A stretch of DNA of 64,000 nucleotides. It comes from an uncultured Sneathiella sp. (GTDB lineage: Bacteria > Pseudomonadota > Alphaproteobacteria > Sneathiellales > Sneathiellaceae). The stretch lies in assembly GCF_963973085.1 (NCBI RefSeq), contig NZ_CAXAXA010000005.1:224-64223 (forward strand). The letters are read 5' to 3'. Shown here one piece after another: positions 1 to 8,034 of this stretch. Below the pieces are notes generated by a model. The model ran no database searches. It was not told the origin of the DNA and was given only the letters and a program-made list of their open reading frames with translations. The position numbers and the translations under genes were made by a program. The number at the start of each line of letters is the position of its first letter. The stretch's first letter is position 1.

Positions 1-162
1 TGCTGACCTTCTATTGCGCCCAGACATAATAACCATCCCCTATGGAGGGAGGCTCATCCTTGCAGTCTGACAACAGCAGCGTATCTGTTTTGTCTGCAAT
101 CGATAAATATAAGCTATTGATTTTATGAAATTTATTTCTTAATCGACTTAGTAACGAGTGGG

Positions 163-221
163 AAATATATGGTATATAATAAATTACTAATGAATATATG
201 GCATAGAATAATATTACTTAT
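163..221. repeat. Two imperfect ~29-bp direct repeats in the AT-rich spacer downstream of the 503-aa gene, possibly iteron-like
   Basis: AATATATGGTATA at 164-176 and AATATATGGCATA at 193-205. Each is followed by an AATAA(A/T)ATTACT-like stretch. Confidence 0.4.
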
Positions 222-278
222 ATTAATAGCTATCTGTAAGTTCATTCAAGTATAATTTGTAAGTATTATTACCAAAAT

Positions 279-1790
279 CTATGTAATGTTCATGTTGTCT
301 ATATATGAATACCACTGATATTGCCTATTTGTATATTCTCTATATTCACCTCCAGATAACATTTCCTCAACATTGCCCATATCTACAAATTTATGCTCTA
401 CAGGTGCGTCATAGGTGAGGATCGACTTGCCGTCTACCTTGGCCATAGCTCCGGCAACCTCCATATAGTAGTGTTCCATATATTCCCTAAGCTCGTCAGC
501 TAAAGCATGGTGCACAAGAAAGCTATCATGCACTGGTAGACACGCATATTGCATGTCAGCAAATCTAAGCATGACTTTTTCTGCTATATCAGCGTCCTTT
601 TTCTGTAATTGCAAACCAAACCCGGAGCCAAAATACTCCCTAATAGGAGAGTGCGCATCTATGATAGCTTCCAATAGTTCTTGCCATGAGCAACCGGCGT
701 CCATCTCGTTAAAGTCGCTGTGCTGTTTGATATTCTTGTTAGAAGCATTCACCAGCGAATTAAAGGCAACTTTCTTAACATCACGGACAACATTTTCCAA
801 ACCCATATCATATGGATCTAGGGGAGGGGTAACGCCAACCTCTGCATACACCAAAGCCGGATGCATTCCTGAGTAATCGAGTTCTACTGTTTGCTTACCA
901 TTGATATGAATGTATTTCCTGTATTCTTTGGGAATTCCTAGCCACCATGCGCCATAAAAACGGCCACCTTCGTTCCAACTGCTATTGTTAAAGATCCGTC
1001 TCAGCGTACGCGCACTAACATCTATTGACGGCAGGGCTTCTTCATCTTCCAAATGCCTGTTCCAAACGTGCCGTCTCAAGGCTTCAAACTCTGTATCTTT
1101 CAAATATAAATCAATCCAAAAAGTTGATAGGTGCCTATTGATACGTTCTAAATTTTCCGACATTTTCGTTGTTTGACTATTATGCTCGTAAGGAATGATA
1201 TCTTTATTTTCATCCTTGAGAACAATATTGTTGCACCCTTCTAATTGCCGTATCTGCCACAGAGTAATATGGGCCTGCTCTTCCAGTGCCGACATCAGTT
1301 TCTGAGTTGCTCTAATGCGGGTCCGCTTACCTTTACCCTTCTCCTTGTCGAAATGCCCTTTCTTTTCTGTTCTTAAATATCCGCAGGCTTCTAGTCCTTT
1401 ATAGGCTGACTGGACATCCATATAGGAAAGAGCCACTGACTGATAAAAACTGACCATCCTGTGGTAGTTGTTAGTAGGGCTGTACTCATTCTTGTTTAAC
1501 GGCAACCCAAGCTGCATTCGCTTATTTGACTTTCGGGCTACATATAGGTCAAGCACCAGAGCCTTTACCATGCGAGTAAAACCATGATGCGCTCTTATAG
1601 AACGTTTTTTGGAGCGTTCCTCTTTGCCCTCAATCTCATTACATATATTTTGGAGAACTATCTCAAATAAAGGTGACGCAATATCACGCGACCAAAAGAT
1701 AGATCGAGACGGTTGATTTATTTTACGTGACTGGTCATCATAGTTAGCCGCAGCCATAGCTTCTTCTCTTAGCTGCTCGTCCTTAATCAT
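279..1790 (-). CDS. Hypothetical 503-aa protein with a wHTH-like N-terminal region and a C-terminal region carrying polymerase-palm-like motifs. It may be a replication or nucleotidyltransferase protein.
   Basis: ATG start overlaps the upstream stop (ATGA). Residues 120-165 look like a basic winged helix (YMDVQSAYKGLEACGYLRTEKKG...KRTRIRATQKL). Ordered motifs are GGRFY (275-279), ELDYSGMHP (303-311), RDVKKVAFNSLVNAS (336-350) and PVHDSFLV (419-426). No family was recognised outright. Confidence 0.75.
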   Translation of the reverse strand: MIKDEQLREEAMAAANYDDQSRKINQPSRSIFWSRDIASPLFEIVLQNICNEIEGKEERSKKRSIRAHHGFTRMVKALVLDLYVARKSNKRMQLGLPLNKNEYSPTNNYHRMVSFYQSVALSYMDVQSAYKGLEACGYLRTEKKGHFDKEKGKGKRTRIRATQKLMSALEEQAHITLWQIRQLEGCNNIVLKDENKDIIPYEHNSQTTKMSENLERINRHLSTFWIDLYLKDTEFEALRRHVWNRHLEDEEALPSIDVSARTLRRIFNNSSWNEGGRFYGAWWLGIPKEYRKYIHINGKQTVELDYSGMHPALVYAEVGVTPPLDPYDMGLENVVRDVKKVAFNSLVNASNKNIKQHSDFNEMDAGCSWQELLEAIIDAHSPIREYFGSGFGLQLQKKDADIAEKVMLRFADMQYACLPVHDSFLVHHALADELREYMEHYYMEVAGAMAKVDGKSILTYDAPVEHKFVDMGNVEEMLSGGEYREYTNRQYQWYSYIDNMNIT

Positions 1791-2743
1791 CCGTTTATAT
1801 CCTTAATTTTGGTGCTACTTAGGACTATTTCAGCCAGTTTCTTAGGGTCCACACCATCGCCGTAAGCCCTCTTCGTACCTTCTTCATCTGCGAACTCCAA
1901 CCAGTGCATTCCTTCAACCACGCTGTCAGGGTCTTGTCGCTTAACTTCTTCAAAGTACCTTTTTTTGTACTCCACGAAATCTATTCCATCGTTCTGTTTA
2001 TGAGTTCGGCTAGTCTCATCTTCAAACCCCTTTTTTGCCCAGACAGCAAAGCTGGTGCTATCGTCTTTAATTGCAGTTATACCTGCTGTAGCTCTATTTT
2101 TTAGCTTGTTTGCACCGCCATTAACTAGAGCCTTATATATGGAATAGATGAAACATCCGACTTCTTCAGCGACTACTATCGGAACCTCGAGAAACACGAA
2201 AAACATTGAAGATATCCCACCGAATATACCGACAAAAATAGCCAGCGCCGAGCCAACCCCAAGAAAATAAACATTCCATTGTTCATCTGTATCTTTAAAT
2301 ATTAGGATAAACAGAAATACCGACAATCCTATAATTATCCCAATCCCGCCGGAGCCATAGAATATGGGCTTCCAGAGGCCCCGAAACTCTTCGAGAAAAC
2401 TGTTTCGACGAACTTTCCAAATCCAGCTTGCTTCTTTTATTCCTGCAATTGAGTACAAAAGGAAACGAACGCGTTTTTCGAACCAGTCAGTTGGCGACAT
2501 CCAAATCACAACAGCTCTCATGGTAGCCGCAGCGACAAGCAGCTGACCGGCCAGCCTAATTATAGTTAACTGTTCAGTATCGTAGTGCCCGTTCTGAATT
2601 AGTGTGAATAGGATTGTGACCACTACTGGCACGGCTAGTGAAATCAGCAGGTTTCGGAAGCAAAAAATTACGACCACTGTTATGATAGTTGGTATGTCTG
2701 CAATTGTTACTACAAATAACACTAATATTTCTTCTAGTGTCAT
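1787..2743 (-). CDS. Hypothetical polytopic inner-membrane protein with about 5-7 TM segments and a ~100-aa charged soluble C-terminal domain
   Basis: Long hydrophobic runs (ILVLFVVTIADIPTIITVVVIFCF, LLISLAVPVVVTILFTLI, IGIIIGLSVFLFILIF, FLGVGSALAIFVGIFGGISSMFFVFL), followed by a K/E/D-rich tail. ATGA overlaps with both neighbouring genes. Confidence 0.7.
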   Translation of the reverse strand: MTLEEILVLFVVTIADIPTIITVVVIFCFRNLLISLAVPVVVTILFTLIQNGHYDTEQLTIIRLAGQLLVAAATMRAVVIWMSPTDWFEKRVRFLLYSIAGIKEASWIWKVRRNSFLEEFRGLWKPIFYGSGGIGIIIGLSVFLFILIFKDTDEQWNVYFLGVGSALAIFVGIFGGISSMFFVFLEVPIVVAEEVGCFIYSIYKALVNGGANKLKNRATAGITAIKDDSTSFAVWAKKGFEDETSRTHKQNDGIDFVEYKKRYFEEVKRQDPDSVVEGMHWLEFADEEGTKRAYGDGVDPKKLAEIVLSSTKIKDING

Positions 2744-4377
2744 TTTAAACCCTCATTTTCTAAACCAAAGCTCAAACGTTCTATTGCTTCTTTCTTTTGA
2801 GCAACCGTATATCCATCACCAAAATATACTTGTTGCGTTACGCCTTCTTGAGCGTGCCCTACGATAGCTTTAACGAGAGGTTCAGCGACGCCGGATTGAA
2901 GCAAGTTCGTGACCATCGTGTGGCGAAAGCTATGAAACACCAAACCTTGGCCACTCATGCCCACAGCCTTCAAGAACGGACCATTAAACCATCGGCTTAG
3001 ATTTCGCCCGTACCCGGTTCCCTGACTAAGGGATAGCTCATGCAGCAACCTTTGCTTACCTGACTTCTTTAACCTTTCGGCATGCTCTAAGAAGCCGAGT
3101 TCAAGCAACTCAGAATGGATGGGGATTAGGCGTGTTGCAGAGGAAGTCTTGAGCCTTACCCCATCAGCTTTCTCATTAATGTCAAAGCACCATAAACCGT
3201 CTACTTGTCTGACATCACCAAGTTGCAACTGTGCAATCTCGTTGAGGCGTGCCCCTGAATAGATAGCAATGAGGGGTCCCCATCTTTGATATTCTTTCTT
3301 AATTGCGCTGGTTTCATCTTTCAGGATCGCACTGAGTATCTTGCCAATCTGATCCTTAGAGAATGCTGTCCGTTCCCCATCACCTGATTTCTTGAGCTTG
3401 ATGGTAAGGCCGGTAAATACGTTCTTAGAGACATACCCGTTCTTTTCAGCCCACTTGAATAAGCCGTGGCATGCATTGAGATGTTTATTAATTGTTTTCA
3501 CATGCATCCGTTCTACACCCACAACCGTGATAGCATCTTCAAACTTAAGCCCCCTTGTTTTGGGGTTAGAATTAATGTTCTTGGGCACCTGCTGCAAAGT
3601 GCTCTTCACCTTCTGGGCACTCTTGGATGTAATAGAACTACAGGCGATGTCAGCACCCAAAATGGCAAGCAGTAAACTAAAGATTGCCCGATATTCCTTC
3701 TCTGACTTTTTTGTCCAATTGCCGCCCCTTATTCTCTCTTCCACAAACCGCCTGACAAGCTCACTGAGAGGGGTGTCCATACCTTCGCTTGAGGATGGTG
3801 GGCGGGAAGGCTCAGCAGGGCTTGAGAGGTCGTATTCTTCCATCGACTTGTCATAGTCAAGAACATGTTGGCAATAAGCTTTGTAAGAGCTCCTGAACTC
3901 CGTTTCCATAGTTTTATAGGTATCACTGCCTTGAGAGACGGGAAGCCCATACAGGGCGATCAGACGGTCCACAGGCGGCTTTTCGTCGTTAGCCGTATGG
4001 TTGAATATTTCTGGTGCGTCGGATGTTAAAATACTCGATCTTAGGACGTTTAGCTCGAGCCCGCTCAGGCGTCCTTTATCAGCCATAGACGACTTCCGTT
4101 GCTCTAGGAGGCTTGCGAAATGCGACTTAAGCAGGGTTCTTATTTCGTGATATTTCATATTTTTATTGGCAACGCTACTCAGCAATTCATCAGCCCAGTA
4201 TGATAACCACCGTGACAATTGCATGGCAAGGCGATTATCTCTCGTATCCAGAGACACTCTAATATGCGTGCATTTATTGTAAGGATGGAGGGCCTTAGGA
4301 ATAGGCCAACGGAAATAGAAGACGTTGTGTCTGGAAAGCATCAGGTAGGTAGATATATGCATGGATAAATGGCTCAC
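2740..4377 (-). CDS. int: Site-specific tyrosine recombinase (phage-type integrase) with a long N-terminal extension
   Basis: C-terminal catalytic signature: GARLNEIAQL (Arg box), HSFRHTMVTNLL (H-x-x-R), GHAQEGVTQQVY (His...Tyr). N-terminal FYFRWPIPKAL resembles the YYFR-type integrase N-domain. Position 4377 is a GTG; an ATG alternative is at 4362. Confidence 0.9.
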   Translation of the reverse strand: MSHLSMHISTYLMLSRHNVFYFRWPIPKALHPYNKCTHIRVSLDTRDNRLAMQLSRWLSYWADELLSSVANKNMKYHEIRTLLKSHFASLLEQRKSSMADKGRLSGLELNVLRSSILTSDAPEIFNHTANDEKPPVDRLIALYGLPVSQGSDTYKTMETEFRSSYKAYCQHVLDYDKSMEEYDLSSPAEPSRPPSSSEGMDTPLSELVRRFVEERIRGGNWTKKSEKEYRAIFSLLLAILGADIACSSITSKSAQKVKSTLQQVPKNINSNPKTRGLKFEDAITVVGVERMHVKTINKHLNACHGLFKWAEKNGYVSKNVFTGLTIKLKKSGDGERTAFSKDQIGKILSAILKDETSAIKKEYQRWGPLIAIYSGARLNEIAQLQLGDVRQVDGLWCFDINEKADGVRLKTSSATRLIPIHSELLELGFLEHAERLKKSGKQRLLHELSLSQGTGYGRNLSRWFNGPFLKAVGMSGQGLVFHSFRHTMVTNLLQSGVAEPLVKAIVGHAQEGVTQQVYFGDGYTVAQKKEAIERLSFGLENEGLK

Positions 4378-4430
4378 TTCAATGTGCCACCATCAAAACT
4401 AGGTATCTAATGCATTGATTTTAAAGCAAA

Positions 4431-4520
4431 TGGCGGAGGGTCGGGGATTCGAACCCCGGAAGGGCTTGCACCCTTGCTGGTTTTCAAGACCAGTGCATTC
4501 AACCGCTCTGCCAACCCTCC
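4431..4520 (-). tRNA. tRNA-Ser, anticodon UGA, with long variable arm and encoded CCA
   Basis: The reverse complement GGAGGGT..GGTCTTGAAAACC..CGGGGTTCGAATCCCCGACCCTCCGCCA folds manually. It gives a 7-bp acceptor stem, anticodon loop CTTGAAA, a long variable arm, a TTCGAAT T-loop and discriminator G. Confidence 0.9.
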
Positions 4521-4746
4521 GCGGGGCGGCGCTTTCAAAATGGCATCGGCAAGACGCAATTCAAGGCCGCAAACGGTCCTGATCGTTTAAAGTTCCCGCT
4601 CTGGCCTGTCAATATGTTTGATAGGGAAATCGATAATTCTGTCGCCGGGCATGGCCGCCGTCGAAAATCAAGACTTTTATGTCTGAAAGCGTTGCGAATC
4701 CGCGGGGTTTGTGGCAAAAAGGGTGGATCAGTAAAATGGAGTACCA

Positions 4747-5733
4747 ATGGCCAAGAAACCTGCGCGTTTTATTCTCTTCACCCTGTTCGGCATTTTTTTG
4801 ACGGCTATCGCAACACCGGGGTTCGCCGCGAAGGAGCCATTCGATCAGTGGCTGACTAAGCTGAAAACAGAAGCGCGGGAAGGCGGGATCAGCCAGGCCA
4901 TCCTCGACAGCGCCTTCGCGGACGTGAAACTCATTGAAAAAGTCGTCAAACTAGACCGCAAACAACCCGAGACCGTCCAGACATTCCAGGAATATATGGC
5001 ACAGCGCCTGCCGCAGTCGCTCGTTGACTCGGGCAAGGCCATGCTCAACCAAAACCGCGCCATACTGGAAGAAGTCGGGCGGGAGTTCGGGGTGCAGCCA
5101 CGTTTCATCGTTGCACTGTGGGGGGTGGAGACACGTTACGGTAAATATACCGGCGGGTTCAGCGTCATTGACGCACTCACCACGCTTGCCTATGACAATC
5201 GCCGGGCGGAATATTTTCGAAAGGAGCTGTTGCTCGCCCTCAAGATCCTTGATGACAACCATATCGCACTTGCCGATATGAAGGGTTCCTGGGCCGGTGC
5301 GATGGGACAATCGCAGTTCATGCCGTCAAGCTTCGTCAATTTCGCCATTGATTATGATGAAGATGGCCGCCGTGATATCTGGACAACCAAGGCTGACGTT
5401 TTTGCCTCTGCTGCGAACTATCTGTCGAAATCCGGCTGGCAGGGCGACCAGACGTGGGGCAGGGAGGTCACTTTGCCCAAGAATTTCGACCTGTCCCTGA
5501 TCGACCTTAAAATCGCCAAACCGATGGCGGAATGGGAAGCCCTTGGCGTTCGTAAAATCGACGGATCCGCCTTACCCTCGCGCCAGCTGGTTGGATCGCT
5601 GGTCCAGCCGAAGGGCGGCAACGGGCAGACATTTCTGGTCTATAACAATTACCGAACCATCCTTAAATGGAACCGGTCCACCTATTTTGCAATGTCCGTC
5701 GGCCATCTTGCCGACCTGATCGGGGATGGGTAA
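4747..5733 (+). CDS. Lytic murein transglycosylase (MltB/SLT_2 family), secreted
   Basis: Signal peptide ending PGFA-AK. Motifs ALWGVETRYG and GAMGQSQFMPSSF. Confidence 0.88.
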   Translation: MAKKPARFILFTLFGIFLTAIATPGFAAKEPFDQWLTKLKTEAREGGISQAILDSAFADVKLIEKVVKLDRKQPETVQTFQEYMAQRLPQSLVDSGKAMLNQNRAILEEVGREFGVQPRFIVALWGVETRYGKYTGGFSVIDALTTLAYDNRRAEYFRKELLLALKILDDNHIALADMKGSWAGAMGQSQFMPSSFVNFAIDYDEDGRRDIWTTKADVFASAANYLSKSGWQGDQTWGREVTLPKNFDLSLIDLKIAKPMAEWEALGVRKIDGSALPSRQLVGSLVQPKGGNGQTFLVYNNYRTILKWNRSTYFAMSVGHLADLIGDG

Positions 5734-5770
5734 GAGAGATGAAGTGCGTAGCGTAAAAGGTATAAGTAAT

Positions 5771-6766
5771 ATGGCGAAATTGAACCAACAGTCCGGACTG
5801 ATTGTCCTCGTCACCACCGCCCTGCTGCTGGCGGGCTGCTCCGAGGTCAGTCTGCTCAGTTATGGCGCGAAGAAATACCATGCCGCGGGAAAAGACACCG
5901 CCGCCGTCGGACCAAACGATGTGGATCGTGGCACTCCGAAACTCGGCAATCCTTATCAGGTGGACGGCATCTGGTACTACCCGAAAGTCGACAATGCCTA
6001 TGACGAGACGGGGATTGCTTCCTGGTATGGGGAGCCGTTTCACGGCCGCCGCACGGCGAACGGCGCCGTGTATGACATGCATAAGCTGACGGCGGCGCAC
6101 AAGACATTGCCCCTGCCAACCGATGTGCGGGTGACCAATCTTGAAAATGGCCGGTCAATCATCGTGACGGTGAATGACCGTGGCCCCTTCGCGCATTCCC
6201 GCATTATTGACCTTTCCTATCGTTCTGCGCAAATGCTGGGCATCGTCAAGAAGGGAACGGCAAAAGTCCGAGTGCAGGTGATTAACGGTGGAAATGGGGA
6301 TCAGACCATTATCGCCAAACCCAAAACTCCCTTGACGGAAAAGAATAATGTTGCCGCTGCACCGCAGGCTACCGTCGTTGCCGATACCCTGGCGCCGCCC
6401 GCTGGCGTTAAGCAGGCGCCAGCACCTAAAATTGAAGCCTTGCCAGCACCGGCCGCCGCCGTTGCCGAAACGCAGGTAACATCGGCGTCCGCCTATAGCG
6501 CACCAACCCCGACTGTCAGCGTTCAGCCGATTACTCAGAGTGATATTTTCATACAGGCCGGCGCTTTCGTTGATTTCAATAACGCCAATATCCTGAGTGC
6601 ACGTCTGTCGTCACTCGGCCCGACGAAAGTCAGTCAGGTTCTGGTCAACGGACAGGATTTCTATCGCGTGCGGGTCGGTCCGGTACCGGATATTGATAAG
6701 GCGGACCAGCTGCTGGCGGACCTGATCAATAATGGTCATACGGAAGCTCGGATTGTGATCGAGTAG
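5771..6766 (+). CDS. rlpA: Septal ring lytic transglycosylase RlpA-family lipoprotein with C-terminal SPOR domain
   Basis: Lipobox LLLAGCS. Double-psi beta-barrel motifs ASWYGEPFHGRRTANG and IIVTVNDRGPF. Ala/Pro linker, then a SPOR-like IFIQAGAF...FYRVRVGP. The ORF opens at 5726; the ATG at 5771 is preferred. Confidence 0.85.
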   Translation: MAKLNQQSGLIVLVTTALLLAGCSEVSLLSYGAKKYHAAGKDTAAVGPNDVDRGTPKLGNPYQVDGIWYYPKVDNAYDETGIASWYGEPFHGRRTANGAVYDMHKLTAAHKTLPLPTDVRVTNLENGRSIIVTVNDRGPFAHSRIIDLSYRSAQMLGIVKKGTAKVRVQVINGGNGDQTIIAKPKTPLTEKNNVAAAPQATVVADTLAPPAGVKQAPAPKIEALPAPAAAVAETQVTSASAYSAPTPTVSVQPITQSDIFIQAGAFVDFNNANILSARLSSLGPTKVSQVLVNGQDFYRVRVGPVPDIDKADQLLADLINNGHTEARIVIE

Positions 6767-6851
6767 GCAAGCCTTAAACTGGCCAAAAACACGCATTAAT
6801 GATAGAAATCACCCGATAACTCGAATTTACTGCGAGAAACCTGAAAAGAGA

Positions 6852-8027
6852 ATGACTGAAAGCCCGACCGCCATGAATTTCTGGACCTCCTCCTTCCGAT
6901 TTTTTTCCGCCCTTTTCCTTTCGCTGTTCTTGATTGCAGGGACTGCCGCTGCGGACCCAATTGAAACCGCGGCCCGGGAAGCGTTTATCTTCGATATGAA
7001 TACGGGTGCCGTTCTGCTGGAGAAGAATGCCGACCAGCTTATGTCTCCAGCCTCCATGAGCAAGTTGATGACCATTACCATGGTGTTCGAGTGGCTGAAG
7101 GACGGCACGCTCAATATGGAAGACACCCTGCCGGTCAGCGAGAAGGCCTGGAAAAAGGGCGGCTCCAAGATGTTTGTCGAAGTCGATACCCGCGTCAGCA
7201 TCGGAGATTTGCTGCGCGGCATTATTGTCCAGTCCGGCAATGACGCCTGTATCGTGGTGGCCGAAGGGCTTGGCGGATCGGAAGAGGGGTTTGCCGAGGC
7301 GATGACCTCGCGGGCTCGGGAACTCGGACTTGAGAAAAGCACCTTCAGGAACGCCACCGGCTGGCCCGATCCGAACCACAAGATGACAGCGCGGGAACTT
7401 GCCCTCCTGGCAAAGCATATCATTCAGGACTTTCCGGAATATTATACCATCTTTGCCGAGAAGGATTTCACCTTCAGCGATATCAAGCAGGGCAACCGGA
7501 ACCCGCTTCTCTATAAAGACAATGGCGCGGACGGCCTTAAAACAGGACATACCGAAGAATCCGGCTATGGCCTTGTCGGTTCGTCGGAGCGGGACGGGCG
7601 ACGCATTATCCTCGTCGTCAACGGCCTTGAAAATGCGAAGGAGAGAAGCCGCGAATCCGAGCGGTTGATGGAATGGGCCTTTCGCGAGTTTAACAACTAT
7701 GCGCTTTTCAAGTCCGGTGACATTGTCGATAACGCCCGGGTCTGGCTCGGCGACAAGGATGTGGTGCCGCTGACCGTGGAATCCGATCTCACCGTCACCC
7801 TGTCCCGTCAGGCCCGCAAGTCCATGACCGTCAAGGTCGTCTATAACGAACCCATCCCGGCTCCAATAATCAAGGGAACGCCGGTGGCGCAGCTCGTGGT
7901 TTCCGGCCCCGAAATCGAGACCATTGCCGTGCCCTTGGTCGCGATGGAGGATATCTCTCGCCCCGGCACGTTCAAGCGCCTAACCTCCGCAGTCGAGTAT
8001 CTCGTCTTCGGTCCTTCCGCCAATTAG
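6852..8027 (+). CDS. D-alanyl-D-alanine carboxypeptidase (PBP5/6 class)
   Basis: SxxK (SMSKLMT), SxN (QSGND) and KTG (LKTGHT) motifs, plus a signal-like N-terminus. Confidence 0.9.
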   Translation: MTESPTAMNFWTSSFRFFSALFLSLFLIAGTAAADPIETAAREAFIFDMNTGAVLLEKNADQLMSPASMSKLMTITMVFEWLKDGTLNMEDTLPVSEKAWKKGGSKMFVEVDTRVSIGDLLRGIIVQSGNDACIVVAEGLGGSEEGFAEAMTSRARELGLEKSTFRNATGWPDPNHKMTARELALLAKHIIQDFPEYYTIFAEKDFTFSDIKQGNRNPLLYKDNGADGLKTGHTEESGYGLVGSSERDGRRIILVVNGLENAKERSRESERLMEWAFREFNNYALFKSGDIVDNARVWLGDKDVVPLTVESDLTVTLSRQARKSMTVKVVYNEPIPAPIIKGTPVAQLVVSGPEIETIAVPLVAMEDISRPGTFKRLTSAVEYLVFGPSAN

Positions 8028-8034
8028 GGCGGCA

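Larger units (their letters stand above)
1..4430. mobile_element. Right-hand part of a low-GC integrative genomic island inserted at the 3' end of tRNA-Ser. The left boundary is outside the window.
   Basis: The integrase gene begins 53 nt from the tRNA 3' end. Spot GC counts on single 60-nt lines give 30-38% in the two cargo genes and about 50% in int, versus about 60% in mltB just right of the tRNA. No second att copy is visible in 1-278. Confidence 0.7.

Noticed and set aside
1-27. Possible start of another minus-strand island gene (AGGGGA-N8-ATG at position 27, reading MSGRNRRSA... off the left edge)
   Set aside because: Only 9 codons are visible, so it cannot be supported as a feature. 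It is mentioned only as a hint that the island continues.
37-58. CTATGGAGGGAGGCTC near the window start as a possible second att copy of the tRNA-Ser 3' end (TGGCGGAGGGTCGGGG)
   Set aside because: Only the hexamer GGAGGG and a few flanking bases match, which is far too short and degenerate to call an att repeat. The true distal junction is probably off-window.
163-221. AT-rich repeats here, and those at 35431-35540 and 36547-36582, considered as CRISPR arrays
   Set aside because: There are only two or three short imperfect copies, with no regular repeat-spacer periodicity of CRISPR size and no cas genes in the window.
4535-4859. ORFs 4535-4747 (minus) and 4614-4859 (plus) in the tRNA-mltB spacer
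   Set aside because: They have no motifs. They overlap each other and the well-supported mltB start and signal peptide. The region more plausibly holds the tRNA-Ser and mltB promoters.
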